In this document: one piece after another, positions 8,876 through 18,394 of the stretch | How the letters are laid out: each line of letters begins with the position of its first letter | Numbering within the stretch: the stretch's first letter is position 1 | DNA from: Candidatus Micrarchaeota archaeon | Lineage (GTDB): Archaea > Micrarchaeota > Micrarchaeia > Micrarchaeales > CABMGC01 | Reading direction: 5' to 3' | NCBI GenBank assembly: GCA_027371545.1 | Contig: DAHXMW010000003.1 | Coordinates: 9,831-73,830, forward strand | Length of the DNA stretch: 64,000 nucleotides | Notes under the pieces: model-generated | Told to the model about the DNA's origin: nothing | The model's database searches: none | What the model saw: only the letters and a program-made list of their open reading frames with translations | Program-made: the position numbers and the translations under genes

Positions 8876-9694
8876 ATGGAAGTTGGTGCAAAGGTTAAGG
8901 GAGAGAGGATAGAGTACCAGAGCGGAAACCATAAGATAAAGGCATATGTAGCAACGCCGGGATCTGGGACGGAGAAGCTTCCCGCAGTTATTGTGGTTCA
9001 TGAGATATTCGGATTAGACCCGCATATAGAGGATGTCGCAAGAAGGTTTGCGGCCGAGGGTTATGTTGCTCTCGCTCCGGATCTTTACAGCAAACCGGGA
9101 ATGCCCGTGACTCCGCAGGAGATAGAGAAGGGGATGGGTTTCATGATGAGCCTGCCTCCATCGGAGATGCGGAATCATGAGTATGTCTCCGCAAAGATAC
9201 GTGAACTCCCGGAAGACGAGGGGAAGATAGTAGGAAAGGCGATGAAATGGCTCACTGAGAGGAACCTCGACGAGCACGTCCCTGACCTTAAAGCTGGATT
9301 TGAATGGATAGTTGGGAATAAATCAGTTGACAGGAACAGGGTATTTGCGATAGGATTCTGCATGGGGGGTACACTGGTAGGCAAGCTTGCTGCAGAGGGA
9401 ACAGAGCTTGCAGGTGCAAGCATATTTTATGGTGAGAATCCGCCTGTGGAGAAGATAGCGAGGATAAAGTGCCCGGTGTTAGGCATATACGGCGGCGAGG
9501 ACCATAGGATAACGGATAAAGTACCGGAGCTTGAGAGGCTAATGAAGGAGAATGGCAAGAGCTTCCGGTACAGGGTCTTCCCTGGCGCATATCATGCGTT
9601 CTTCAATGATACTAGAAAGATGTATAACAAAGAAGCAGCTGCAGAAGCCTGGAAAGATGTTCTGGGCTTCTTCGGAAAAGATAGCAGGCAGTAG
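8876..9694 (+). CDS. Dienelactone hydrolase family protein
   Basis: HEIFGL, APDLY, GFCMGG nucleophile, HAFFND. Confidence 0.92.
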   Translation: MEVGAKVKGERIEYQSGNHKIKAYVATPGSGTEKLPAVIVVHEIFGLDPHIEDVARRFAAEGYVALAPDLYSKPGMPVTPQEIEKGMGFMMSLPPSEMRNHEYVSAKIRELPEDEGKIVGKAMKWLTERNLDEHVPDLKAGFEWIVGNKSVDRNRVFAIGFCMGGTLVGKLAAEGTELAGASIFYGENPPVEKIARIKCPVLGIYGGEDHRITDKVPELERLMKENGKSFRYRVFPGAYHAFFNDTRKMYNKEAAAEAWKDVLGFFGKDSRQ

Positions 9695-9702
9695 GTGCAT
9701 TC

Positions 9703-10416
9703 ATGCAGGAAAGGCTAGAATGGAAAGATCCGTACATTAAGGATTTTGAAGCAGAGATATTATCGGTGGGCAGTGGTTTTGTAACGCTCTCGCGCTCCGC
9801 CTTCTATCCTGGCGGAGGAGGGCAGCCGTGCGATACCGGCTGGATATCGTGCAATGGCATCGAGTATGAGGTAACAGGCGTAGAGAAGGCTGAGGGAGAA
9901 TTCAGGCATGTGCTTAAAGCAGTTGAAGGCCTTACTGCAGGAGACCACGTGAAGGGGCGTATAGACTGGGAGAGAAGATATGCACACATGAAGTACCATA
10001 CTGCCATCCACGTTCTTGACGGAGTAGTTGAGCTTAGGCATGGCGGAAAAGCCACGGGTAACCAGATATATGCAGACAAATCAAGGGTGGATTTTGACAT
10101 GCCCGAGCTGAATAGGGAGATGGCGGAAAGGCTTATCTCTGAAGCGCAGGAGGTGATAGATGCGGGGCATGCAGTAGCAGCGAAGGTCCTCAGCAAGGAG
10201 GAGGCCATGTCCATACCAAATCTCTCGAGGACGGAGAACGGGAGGGAGCTTATGAAGAGCATGGATACTTTTAGAGTGATAGACATAGAAGGCTTCGATG
10301 TCCAGCTAGACGGAGGCACGCATGTTGTAAATACCAAGGAAGTCGGCAGGATGGAGCTCCTTAAATTTGAGAACCGCGGCTCACATAATAAAAGGATTAC
10401 GTTCATACTTAAGTAA
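9703..10416 (+). CDS. alaX: Alanyl-tRNA editing protein AlaX-M
   Basis: FYPGGGGQPCDTG, IDWERRY, HTAIH, DGGTHV..T.EVG. Confidence 0.92.
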   Translation: MQERLEWKDPYIKDFEAEILSVGSGFVTLSRSAFYPGGGGQPCDTGWISCNGIEYEVTGVEKAEGEFRHVLKAVEGLTAGDHVKGRIDWERRYAHMKYHTAIHVLDGVVELRHGGKATGNQIYADKSRVDFDMPELNREMAERLISEAQEVIDAGHAVAAKVLSKEEAMSIPNLSRTENGRELMKSMDTFRVIDIEGFDVQLDGGTHVVNTKEVGRMELLKFENRGSHNKRITFILK

Positions 10417-10426
10417 TGTTGGTTTA

Positions 10427-11677
10427 TTGCACATACGCTTTCTTGGAGGGGCTTCAGAAGTGGGCAGGTCAGGGATACTTGTAAGGGACGCCAAGACCTT
10501 CCTATTTGACTACGGAGTTAAGATAGATGACAAACCAGAGTATCCTCTCCCTTCTGGTAAGATAGACGCGTTTATGCTCAGCCATGCGCATCTGGATCAC
10601 AGCGGATTCTCGCCATTTCTTTATCATGACTCCATGCCGCCTACATACTGCACCGAGCCTACGATGAGGCTTGCGGAGCTTCTCATAGAGGACTCCATGA
10701 AGATAGCAAGGAGCGAGCACTACAGCATGCGTTTCCACAACAGGCAGCTCAAGGATCTTCTACAGAAATACTCGCCCCATGCATATGGAGAGAGCATAGA
10801 CTTTGGGGATTACGAAATAACACTGCATGATGCTGGGCACATATGCGGCAGCGCCATAACATCTGTTGAGAGGCGGAGGGACGGGAAGAGAATCGTATAT
10901 ACGGGCGATTTCAAGCTCTCCCCGCAGCTCCTGCAGAACGGAGCGGAAGTAGTAAAAAGCGATGTGCTGATAATGGAGTCCACGTATGCTACAAAGGAGC
11001 ATGGAGACAGGGATGAGCTTGCAAGGTCTTTTATAGATGGCATAAAGGAGACGATCGATAATGGCGGCACTGCACTTGTTCCCGTCTTTGCCGTAGGAAG
11101 GAGCCAGGAGATACTTGCCTTAATACACAAGAATGGGCTCTCTGGCAAGACCTTCTTGGACGGAATGGCTAGATCAGCAACAGAGATAGTTATACGCAAC
11201 GGGGAATTCATACACAACAGCAATATGCTTGAGGAAGCGCTTGAGAATGTAACCATTATAGAGAGGGAGCATCATAGATCTAGGGCGCTGGAGGGCGGGA
11301 ATATCATCCTCACTACTTCAGGTATGCTGAGCGGCGGGCCTGTGTTAAGTTACATAACCAAATTGAATAAGGAATCAAGGATATTCCTTACAGGCTATCA
11401 GGTCGAGGGCACGAACGGAAGGAGGCTCATGAATGGTGAGCCAATAATGCTTGGAACAAGAAAATACAGGGTAGATACCCCGTTCGCGATGTACGATTTC
11501 TCAGCGCATTCTGGTATGGAGGATCTCCATGAATATGCGAGGAGGAGCAATCCTGAAGCCATAATGTGCGTCCATGGAAGCCCGGAGAATACTTCCGCAC
11601 TTGCGGAAGGGCTGAAAGAAGAAGGATTCAATGCCTACGCCCCGGTGAATGGCGACGAGATAAAGTTAGACATATAG
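10427..11677 (+). CDS. MBL-fold beta-CASP ribonuclease (aCPSF2-like)
   Basis: FLGGASEVGRS, SHAHLDHSG, AGHICGS, YTGD, MESTY, FSAH, VHG. Start refined to TTG 10427. Confidence 0.92.
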   Translation: MHIRFLGGASEVGRSGILVRDAKTFLFDYGVKIDDKPEYPLPSGKIDAFMLSHAHLDHSGFSPFLYHDSMPPTYCTEPTMRLAELLIEDSMKIARSEHYSMRFHNRQLKDLLQKYSPHAYGESIDFGDYEITLHDAGHICGSAITSVERRRDGKRIVYTGDFKLSPQLLQNGAEVVKSDVLIMESTYATKEHGDRDELARSFIDGIKETIDNGGTALVPVFAVGRSQEILALIHKNGLSGKTFLDGMARSATEIVIRNGEFIHNSNMLEEALENVTIIEREHHRSRALEGGNIILTTSGMLSGGPVLSYITKLNKESRIFLTGYQVEGTNGRRLMNGEPIMLGTRKYRVDTPFAMYDFSAHSGMEDLHEYARRSNPEAIMCVHGSPENTSALAEGLKEEGFNAYAPVNGDEIKLDI

Positions 11678-11766
11678 TGCGCATACGCTAAGCTAATTGG
11701 TATATTTGATAGGCGCATGCAAGAGCATGCCCATGCATAATCAGTGGCTTTTGAATACGGAACCGA

Positions 11767-12129
11767 TTATTCTTCAGGATCCATTGAGGCTAAATCGTCA
11801 TCGGCCTCGGAGAACTCCTCCTTTGCACTGCCCTTGCCTTTCTCCTTTACTTCTATCTTTCCAAACTTGCCTGTTGAGAGCTGCGGCGTACCCCTGAATT
11901 CGCTTACGTAGCAGTTGCTAAGCCTTACCTTGTCTCCAACGTCTACGCTGTTTATATCGTTGCCCCACAGGGATATTGATATCCTTCCTGTGTCGTCTTT
12001 CAGGACTGCGTGGGCCACGTTTACCCTCTTCCCGTATTTTGTTATGACTTCCTTAGGCTCGTCTTTTTCTACTACTTCGGCTTCTATTTCAACATTTGAG
12101 ATTCCTGCTTTAAGTTCGCTTATTTTCAT
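11767..12129 (-). CDS. ssb: Single-OB-fold ssDNA-binding protein (SSB/RPA)
   Basis: MKISELK...LKDDTGRISISLW...GKFGKI with an acidic C-terminal tail. Confidence 0.88.
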   Translation of the reverse strand: MKISELKAGISNVEIEAEVVEKDEPKEVITKYGKRVNVAHAVLKDDTGRISISLWGNDINSVDVGDKVRLSNCYVSEFRGTPQLSTGKFGKIEVKEKGKGSAKEEFSEADDDLASMDPEE

Positions 12130-12272
12130 AAGATCACTAAGAGTATGAATTAGAAATTCAGATTATTATAATAATAGATAGTTATATTAAGCTTTGTTGC
12201 ATTCGTAGAGCCGCAGGCGGCTTCAGCGGTTGACGTGGATGCAACAAGGCCAATGCAGATGCGCCCCTGCCC

Positions 12273-13442
12273 TTACCCCTTCTTTTTAGAGAAGAAGTAT
12301 AGAAGCGCGGCAACTATGACTATTACCACTATTATTGCTATTACCAGTCCCAGATTGCTGGAAGATGAGCTTGGTGGCGGCGTTGTCGATGTGGTATTTG
12401 AAGGCTGCGGAGATGTGGCTGTCGGAGCTGAGAGCGCAGCAGTCCTGGTAAGGAATACCCATACTACAGGCTTGTAGAATTCGTTGTTTACAAGCGTTGT
12501 GCTGTTTGGATACTCCCACTTATTGGCTATTGCATACTTGCCGCCAACATATGCTGTGCCATTGTAGTTTCCGCCAAGATATGTCCAGGTTGTCGTTGCG
12601 CTTGAATTTGGCAGGCGCAGTACGGTTATTATCGGATCTGGAGCCCTGCTTGAATTTACAAATGATATTGTAGGGGTTATCAGCCCGTTAACCGCAAATG
12701 CATAAGCCCCTGTAGGAGTGTATCCTGACATATTCTGCGGGACGGATAGGGATGTAGGCACATCGAAGAATACGACTGAGAAATTATACTGGGATTCCAG
12801 TACGTTATCTACCAGCGCATATGTTCCAGGCCTTATCTCCACGCCATTGCCGTTTCCCAGGCTTATGTTTGCTCCGGTTGATGCGTTTATTATTATTGAT
12901 CCCTTCTGCACCACAGGAAATACGGTCAGGCTTGGCGTTATTGTAGTGGTGTTGTGGGATGTGGTATTCGTTGTTGTAGTATTGGTTGTGGTTGTTTTTG
13001 TTGTGGTTGTGTTGGCCGTGGTTGTGGTGTTGGAAGGGGATTTAGTGGATAGCACATTTATCGAGAATAGCACAGGGGCTGTAGACGGATCATCGCCTGT
13101 TGCCACTATAGATGCAGTATATTTTCCTGGAGTTGCCGAGGATGATGCTGCTACTGTAAGCGTTCCGGAATAAGTAGGGTCCGCGTAGCTTTTTGAGAAT
13201 GACAGGTTTATGCCATCTGAAGCAAGTGCGGAAGCATTTGATGCTGATATTGTGGTTCCCCATGTGGATCCGCTGGCCAGCTTTACGGTGTACGCCACGA
13301 GTACGTTTGAGCCCGGATGCAGCGAGACGGAGGAGACATTAAGCGCGATTGATGAAGTGCCTATGCCATTTGCCGCGTATGACTGGAAGGCAAGGAGTGC
13401 CATGCCTATTACAAACATCCGGATATAAGTAGTCCTCTCCAT
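12273..13442 (-). CDS. Cell-surface glycoprotein with Thr-rich linkers and C-terminal TM anchor
   Basis: Signal peptide, Ig-like beta domain, NTTTT repeats, C-terminal TM followed by KKKG. Confidence 0.8.
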   Translation of the reverse strand: MERTTYIRMFVIGMALLAFQSYAANGIGTSSIALNVSSVSLHPGSNVLVAYTVKLASGSTWGTTISASNASALASDGINLSFSKSYADPTYSGTLTVAASSSATPGKYTASIVATGDDPSTAPVLFSINVLSTKSPSNTTTTANTTTTKTTTTNTTTTNTTSHNTTTITPSLTVFPVVQKGSIIINASTGANISLGNGNGVEIRPGTYALVDNVLESQYNFSVVFFDVPTSLSVPQNMSGYTPTGAYAFAVNGLITPTISFVNSSRAPDPIITVLRLPNSSATTTWTYLGGNYNGTAYVGGKYAIANKWEYPNSTTLVNNEFYKPVVWVFLTRTAALSAPTATSPQPSNTTSTTPPPSSSSSNLGLVIAIIVVIVIVAALLYFFSKKKG

Positions 13443-13541
13443 GTTTATCTATATGAGTTCATTAGTTAGCGCTTTAAAGCTTTTGAGTCCGCGCTTATAA
13501 GAAGGTAAATGTTTTATACCAGTTTATAACTCATGCTGAGG

Positions 13542-14402
13542 CTATATCGAGAGCAGTATTATTCCGCATAATGCAGCAGCTATCCCCACGATCTGGTTCC
13601 TCGATGGTCGCTCCTTCAGGAAGAGGATTACTATCGAGACGGTTATTACCGGAGAGGCGGCGGCTATCGGCGCGATTATTACCGCATAAGATTGGGTTAT
13701 GCCTACGCTGTATGCTATTATTGATATCACGTATATTATCCCAAGCCAGAGCAGTGGTTTCCGCTCCTCCTTCTTTAGGGATATGTCTATGCCCTTGCTC
13801 CTGGAATAAGCCATCACGAAGATCGCTATCAAGACAGAATTTAGTATGGTAGGGAGAAGCCATCCTAGCTGGATTATTAGCACATTGAGGATGAAGAACC
13901 CGATGCCGAAACCAAAAGCAGATAGGAATGCAATGTCTGCGCCGAGTGCCTTCTTCCTGTTCCTAACGCCAAGCACTCCCTCCAGCTTGAATGATGCAAG
14001 AGCCGTCCCCGTAATTGCGAGGGCTATGCCCATGTACTGCAGCAGGTCTACGCTCTCCCCGAGGAGCAGAAGGCTCAGTATTACGGTGAATGCGGCCCAG
14101 GAAGCGGAAATTGGAGAGACTATAGATATCTCGCCTATTTTCATTGCCTCAAAGAAAGCTACTGCGGAGAGAGTAAGTATCGCAGCATCTGCAAGCTGAA
14201 GGATGAGGTAATACGCGGATATCTGTGGAACCTTGTATATTAAGGCGAGGGCAAGGAGGAGCACTATTCCGGGAAACTGGCTCCAGACTGCGATCTTAAG
14301 GGAGCCCTGCTCCTTGGAGATTATCCCAGAGAGAGTATCGCCGATTCCCCACCCAAGCATAGCTATAAGTCCTAGAAGTATACCGTAATGGAGCAGATAC
14401 AT
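13542..14402 (-). CDS. DMT/EamA family transporter
   Basis: Two 5-TM repeats; ISIVSPI, LLLGE and FLKER motifs. Confidence 0.88.
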   Translation of the reverse strand: MYLLHYGILLGLIAMLGWGIGDTLSGIISKEQGSLKIAVWSQFPGIVLLLALALIYKVPQISAYYLILQLADAAILTLSAVAFFEAMKIGEISIVSPISASWAAFTVILSLLLLGESVDLLQYMGIALAITGTALASFKLEGVLGVRNRKKALGADIAFLSAFGFGIGFFILNVLIIQLGWLLPTILNSVLIAIFVMAYSRSKGIDISLKKEERKPLLWLGIIYVISIIAYSVGITQSYAVIIAPIAAASPVITVSIVILFLKERPSRNQIVGIAAALCGIILLSI

Positions 14403-14506
14403 TTATTTCACCGTTCATTTTGGATGCACAGATACCCTTTGCGCTTCTTGAAGCGAAGACCAGCATTAATTAATAATTGTTTTACACTTATATATAGTGG
14501 GCGGTT

Positions 14507-15022
14507 TTGGTGTTTGGAAAAGATGGCAAAGTTGAGGAAGCGCCTGAAGAGCCAATGGATGAAGTGGATAGGGAATACCGCGGCATGCTTAACAAGGAAC
14601 CTTACTCGGGAAAACCAAGCGCGGCTTCGGGAAACGAAGAGGCTTTATCTGAGGCATTTGCAAGAGCCTATGGCGTAGGGGACAAGAATTATTCAAAGAT
14701 AAGCACAATGAGTGTGGTTGTTCTGGGCTTGGTTGCTCTGCTCGCGAATATAGGCATAGGCTTTGCCATCGTATTTGCTGAACTTCCGAATGTTCTGGTC
14801 CTCGTATGGCTTGTCCTTATAGGATTAGGTTTCATAATCTCCATGCTCAAGCTCAGGAAGGGGGGTAATTCCGCCTCTTCTGCTTATCTCCTATCCTTTA
14901 CGTCAGTGCTTGTGGTAGGATACATAGCAAGCATATTCATAGGCAGCCTATCTATACTTGGCAATGTCGCAGGCTTCTTCTTCGCGTATTACCTACTTAG
15001 GGCAAGGGACATGATAGCTTAA
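14507..15022 (+). CDS. Hypothetical membrane protein (about 4 TM, acidic N-terminus)
   Basis: 171-aa ORF with a hydrophobic C-terminal half. Confidence 0.7.
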   Translation: MVFGKDGKVEEAPEEPMDEVDREYRGMLNKEPYSGKPSAASGNEEALSEAFARAYGVGDKNYSKISTMSVVVLGLVALLANIGIGFAIVFAELPNVLVLVWLVLIGLGFIISMLKLRKGGNSASSAYLLSFTSVLVVGYIASIFIGSLSILGNVAGFFFAYYLLRARDMIA

Positions 15023-15071
15023 GCTGTGCGGAATGCGGCGCTGGCTTGATTTTGCTTGGTATCCCAAGGGT

Positions 15072-16319
15072 TTACTTTCTGGCGAGTATGGGAGGGTATA
15101 TACTTCCGCCGCGCTGCCTCGATGCACACTCCTCATTTATCCTTCCTATCGCGTATTCGAGGGTTTCTTTGGGAGGAAGGGCGACTATCCTGAAATGTGA
15201 TGGCTCGCCGAATCCAGATCCCCTGGTAAGCTGTATCCCATGCTTCTCGAGCATGGTGTCTACAAAATCCTTGTCGCTGCCGAAGCGCAATGCCTTGAAG
15301 TCCATCCTTGGGAATATGTAGAAGGAGCCTTTCGGCCTTACGAGGCTTATGCTTGGATTTTTCTTCAGCATATCGGTAGCGAAGTTTACCCTCTTCTCTA
15401 TCTCCCTTGTAAGCGCATTTATCGCCTTGGTATGCTCGCGTATGTTTCCTATGGCCTCGGCTGCAGCATGCTGCGATGGTGTGTTTATGCAGAGCCTTAC
15501 AAGTGCATACTCCTCAAGCTTTTGCTTCAGCCTCAAGGACACTTTATCTTCACCAGGCACAAGCATGAACCCCACGCGTAGGCCTGTAGAGAGATAGTTC
15601 TTTGACACCCCATTTAGTATTATGTGCGGCACGCCCTTTGCGACCTGGGCAAGGCTCGTGAATTCTGCACCGTTGTATATTATCTCATCGTATATCTCGT
15701 CGCTCACGAGTATTATGTCATGCTCATTCGCAATCTGCACCAGTCTCTCAAGCTCCTTCCTCTCCGTTACTGCGCCTGTAGGATTGTTTGGGTTTGTGAG
15801 GAGCATGTACTTTACGCCTTTCTTTGCCCTCTTCAGTTTCTTCTCCAGATTGTCCAGGTTAAGGGACCATCCAGAATCAAAGTCGTATGTGCCTTCTATT
15901 ACTGAACCTCCTTCCACTTTTATCCTTGGCGAGTATTGTGCGTAGTATGGCCTGAAGAATACTGCCCTGTCTCCATGGTCTATGAGCATGTTGTTAAGGA
16001 ATAGAAGCGCCTCTGAAACTCCTGCCGTTACTATAACGCTCTCCTCTCCGGCATCTACATCATACATATATTTGTATCTTGAGAGTATCGCATCCTTGAG
16101 CTCCTTCTCCCCTGACGCCCTTGAATAGGTGGTCTTGCCGGATCTGAGAGCGTCGACGTATGCGTCTATTATGTATTTTGGAGTGGGAAAGTAGTGCGGA
16201 GGATCTCCCCTATTAAGCTTTACGACGCGCACGCCACTTGCCTTGAGCTCATTAGCCTTTCTCTCCGTCTCCAGAATAACATTCTTCACGTGCCTGCTTC
16301 TCCTTGAGAATAATGCCAT
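15072..16319 (-). CDS. PLP-dependent class I/II aminotransferase (AlaA/AspC-like)
   Basis: LNRGDP, NPNNPTG, SDEIYD, GVSKNYLSTGLRVG. Confidence 0.92.
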   Translation of the reverse strand: MALFSRRSRHVKNVILETERKANELKASGVRVVKLNRGDPPHYFPTPKYIIDAYVDALRSGKTTYSRASGEKELKDAILSRYKYMYDVDAGEESVIVTAGVSEALLFLNNMLIDHGDRAVFFRPYYAQYSPRIKVEGGSVIEGTYDFDSGWSLNLDNLEKKLKRAKKGVKYMLLTNPNNPTGAVTERKELERLVQIANEHDIILVSDEIYDEIIYNGAEFTSLAQVAKGVPHIILNGVSKNYLSTGLRVGFMLVPGEDKVSLRLKQKLEEYALVRLCINTPSQHAAAEAIGNIREHTKAINALTREIEKRVNFATDMLKKNPSISLVRPKGSFYIFPRMDFKALRFGSDKDFVDTMLEKHGIQLTRGSGFGEPSHFRIVALPPKETLEYAIGRINEECASRQRGGSIYPPILARK

Positions 16320-16416
16320 ACTAATAACCGCAATTAAATTTCATTGTGCCTTTTAATATGCCGAGTTGCACTTCGTCTTTTGTCAAATTGAATCTTTGTC
16401 CTCCGACAAGGAGACT

Positions 16417-17241
16417 TCATCCTACGCGGAGTTTTGGCGCAAATGCAGTGGCATCTCTTTTTATCTGCACAAGAGCAGACTGGCGGCTTTGTTTCCTGTA
16501 TAGTATCAAATCTGCAAGCAATGCAGATGCATAGTTGGCGTCCCTGGACCTTGTTTTCATGGCTATGGAGAGAGGCGTTTCGCCTGCGGAATTCTTCATG
16601 CGCATGGCTTCTGGATAAGAGGAGAGCAGGCGGAGCACAACTTCTGTAGAAGCCATTGATGATATCGATAGATGGAGAGCAGTATTGCCATCCTTATCCG
16701 TCTTTGATAAGTCTGCGCTGTGCCGTAGCAGCAGCTCCAGCGAAGCTGCAGGATTCGCTTCTGCATCCCACCTCTTTGATGCGAGGATATGGGCAGCTGT
16801 CATCCCTGAAGAATCTGATGCATTGATATCGATACCTTTTGAGATTAGAAAATCCAGCGTCTCAGGCTTTATCTCCTCTGCTATCTCAGCAAGCCAGTGA
16901 AGAGGATTTCTCCCAGTCCTTCCACCGCTTATGCTTACGTCGCCGCCGTATGATGCAAGAAGAGAGAGCATCGCTGCGTCATTATGGGCAGCCGCAATAT
17001 GCATCGGACCCCAGTCTTCCCCTACGCTGTCAGGATCAGCGCCGTGCTGCAGGAGAATCTCGGCTATCTCATACTTGCCGTAAAAGACCGCGGTGTCTAG
17101 CGGATAGTTTGCATTCCTAAGTATCAGTGGCGCGTTAGGATCCATCTTGCCTGATTCTATGTACCACCTTACGGCCCCGGAATCTCCCGTATGTATTGCC
17201 CTGTGGGCGGCAAGCTCCTCGTATGCCCCCATGTTGTGCAT
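16417..17241 (-). CDS. Ankyrin-repeat protein
   Basis: Repeats YPLDTAV, GPMHIAA, GRNPLHWLA, GMTAAHILA, GNTALHLSI, GETPLSIA. Confidence 0.9.
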   Translation of the reverse strand: MHNMGAYEELAAHRAIHTGDSGAVRWYIESGKMDPNAPLILRNANYPLDTAVFYGKYEIAEILLQHGADPDSVGEDWGPMHIAAAHNDAAMLSLLASYGGDVSISGGRTGRNPLHWLAEIAEEIKPETLDFLISKGIDINASDSSGMTAAHILASKRWDAEANPAASLELLLRHSADLSKTDKDGNTALHLSISSMASTEVVLRLLSSYPEAMRMKNSAGETPLSIAMKTRSRDANYASALLADLILYRKQSRQSALVQIKRDATAFAPKLRVG

Positions 17242-17319
17242 CTTCCAACCGAATCCATGTTGATAATAAAAGTATTTATGATTTTAGTGCAGGATTATAT
17301 GCGTAATTTGGTGTTGCGT

Positions 17320-18390
17320 TTGAGCAAAACAGATGTGAAGGTCTTTACAGCTGAAGCGTCCCCGAATATAGCGCTGATAAAGTATTGGGGGAAGAGGGAT
17401 GAGAAGCGCATACTTCCTTACAATTCCTCGCTCAGTATGACTTTCGAGCATAAGGCTTTCAGGACCGTTACCAGCATTGCCTTCTCCAAGAAGATTAAGG
17501 AGGATATCTTTTACCTTAATGGAATCAGGCAGGATCTCTCTGACAGGGAGCTTATGGAGAGGTTTTCCGTGCTCAACCTGCTTAGGAGGATGGCAGGTAC
17601 AAGAGAACGCGCACTGGTAGTATCGAGGAATTATTTTCCCACGGCAAGCGGAATGGCTTCGAGCGCATCTGGTATAGCAGCACTTGCATACGCAGCGAAT
17701 GCGGCCCTTGATCTTGGGCTCGGCGGAAAGGAGCTTTCCAGGATAGCGCGGCAGGGAAGCGGAAGCGCATGCAGGAGCATTTTCGGCGGTATAGTCATAT
17801 GGCACAGGGGGAATGATCCTGACGGAAAGGATTCTTACGCTGAGCAGCTCTTCGACGAAAAATACTGGCCAGATTTCATAAGCATAACGGCTGTCGTCTC
17901 AAGCTCTGCAAAAAAGGTCTCTTCGAGGGCTGGGATGAGGCAGACGGTGGAGACAAACCCGCTGTTTGTGCTCAGGCCTGAGGCTGCAGAGGCGAGGCTG
18001 CATGACCTTGTCAATGCCTATGCAAGGCGCGACATCTCAGGAGTAGCTGCATGCGCAATGGCTGACAGCAACGAGATGCACGCGTTGATGATGAGCACCT
18101 CTCCACCTATACGTTATCTCAATGCAGCGTCACATTCGATAATGGACGCTGTAGAGGCAAAGAATCAGGATGCAGGGGAGATCATTGCGGGATATACTTT
18201 TGATGCAGGGCCGAATGCGAACATAATAACAACTGAGAGGCATAAGGAAGAAATTATAGGGATGCTTTCGCATCTCGTGAAGAAAGGCATAGTTAAGGGC
18301 ATTAAGGTGTCACGTGCAGGAAGAGGGCCTCTGCTCCTCGATGGCAAAGAGTCTCTTATAGGGAAGAAGGAGCTGAGGCTGCTGGAGTGA
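17320..18390 (+). CDS. mvaD: Diphosphomevalonate decarboxylase
   Basis: NIALIKYWGK, GMASSASG, RQGSGSACRS, SSRAGM, YTFDAGPN. Start estimated at TTG 17320. Confidence 0.92.
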   Translation: MSKTDVKVFTAEASPNIALIKYWGKRDEKRILPYNSSLSMTFEHKAFRTVTSIAFSKKIKEDIFYLNGIRQDLSDRELMERFSVLNLLRRMAGTRERALVVSRNYFPTASGMASSASGIAALAYAANAALDLGLGGKELSRIARQGSGSACRSIFGGIVIWHRGNDPDGKDSYAEQLFDEKYWPDFISITAVVSSSAKKVSSRAGMRQTVETNPLFVLRPEAAEARLHDLVNAYARRDISGVAACAMADSNEMHALMMSTSPPIRYLNAASHSIMDAVEAKNQDAGEIIAGYTFDAGPNANIITTERHKEEIIGMLSHLVKKGIVKGIKVSRAGRGPLLLDGKESLIGKKELRLLE

Positions 18391-18394
18391 TTAA

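Noticed and set aside
10300-10330. AlaX with DGGTH instead of CGGTH
   Set aside because: As I recall, Asp at this position is a common AlaX-M variant; not evidence of inactivation.
12208-12221. AGCCGC-AG-GCGGCT hairpin as a terminator
   Set aside because: Short, with no convincing U-tract on the relevant strand; could be chance.
12940-13035. GTT/GTG-rich tandem-like repeats
   Set aside because: They encode the Thr-rich linker of the surface protein; there is no repeat-spacer structure, so not CRISPR.
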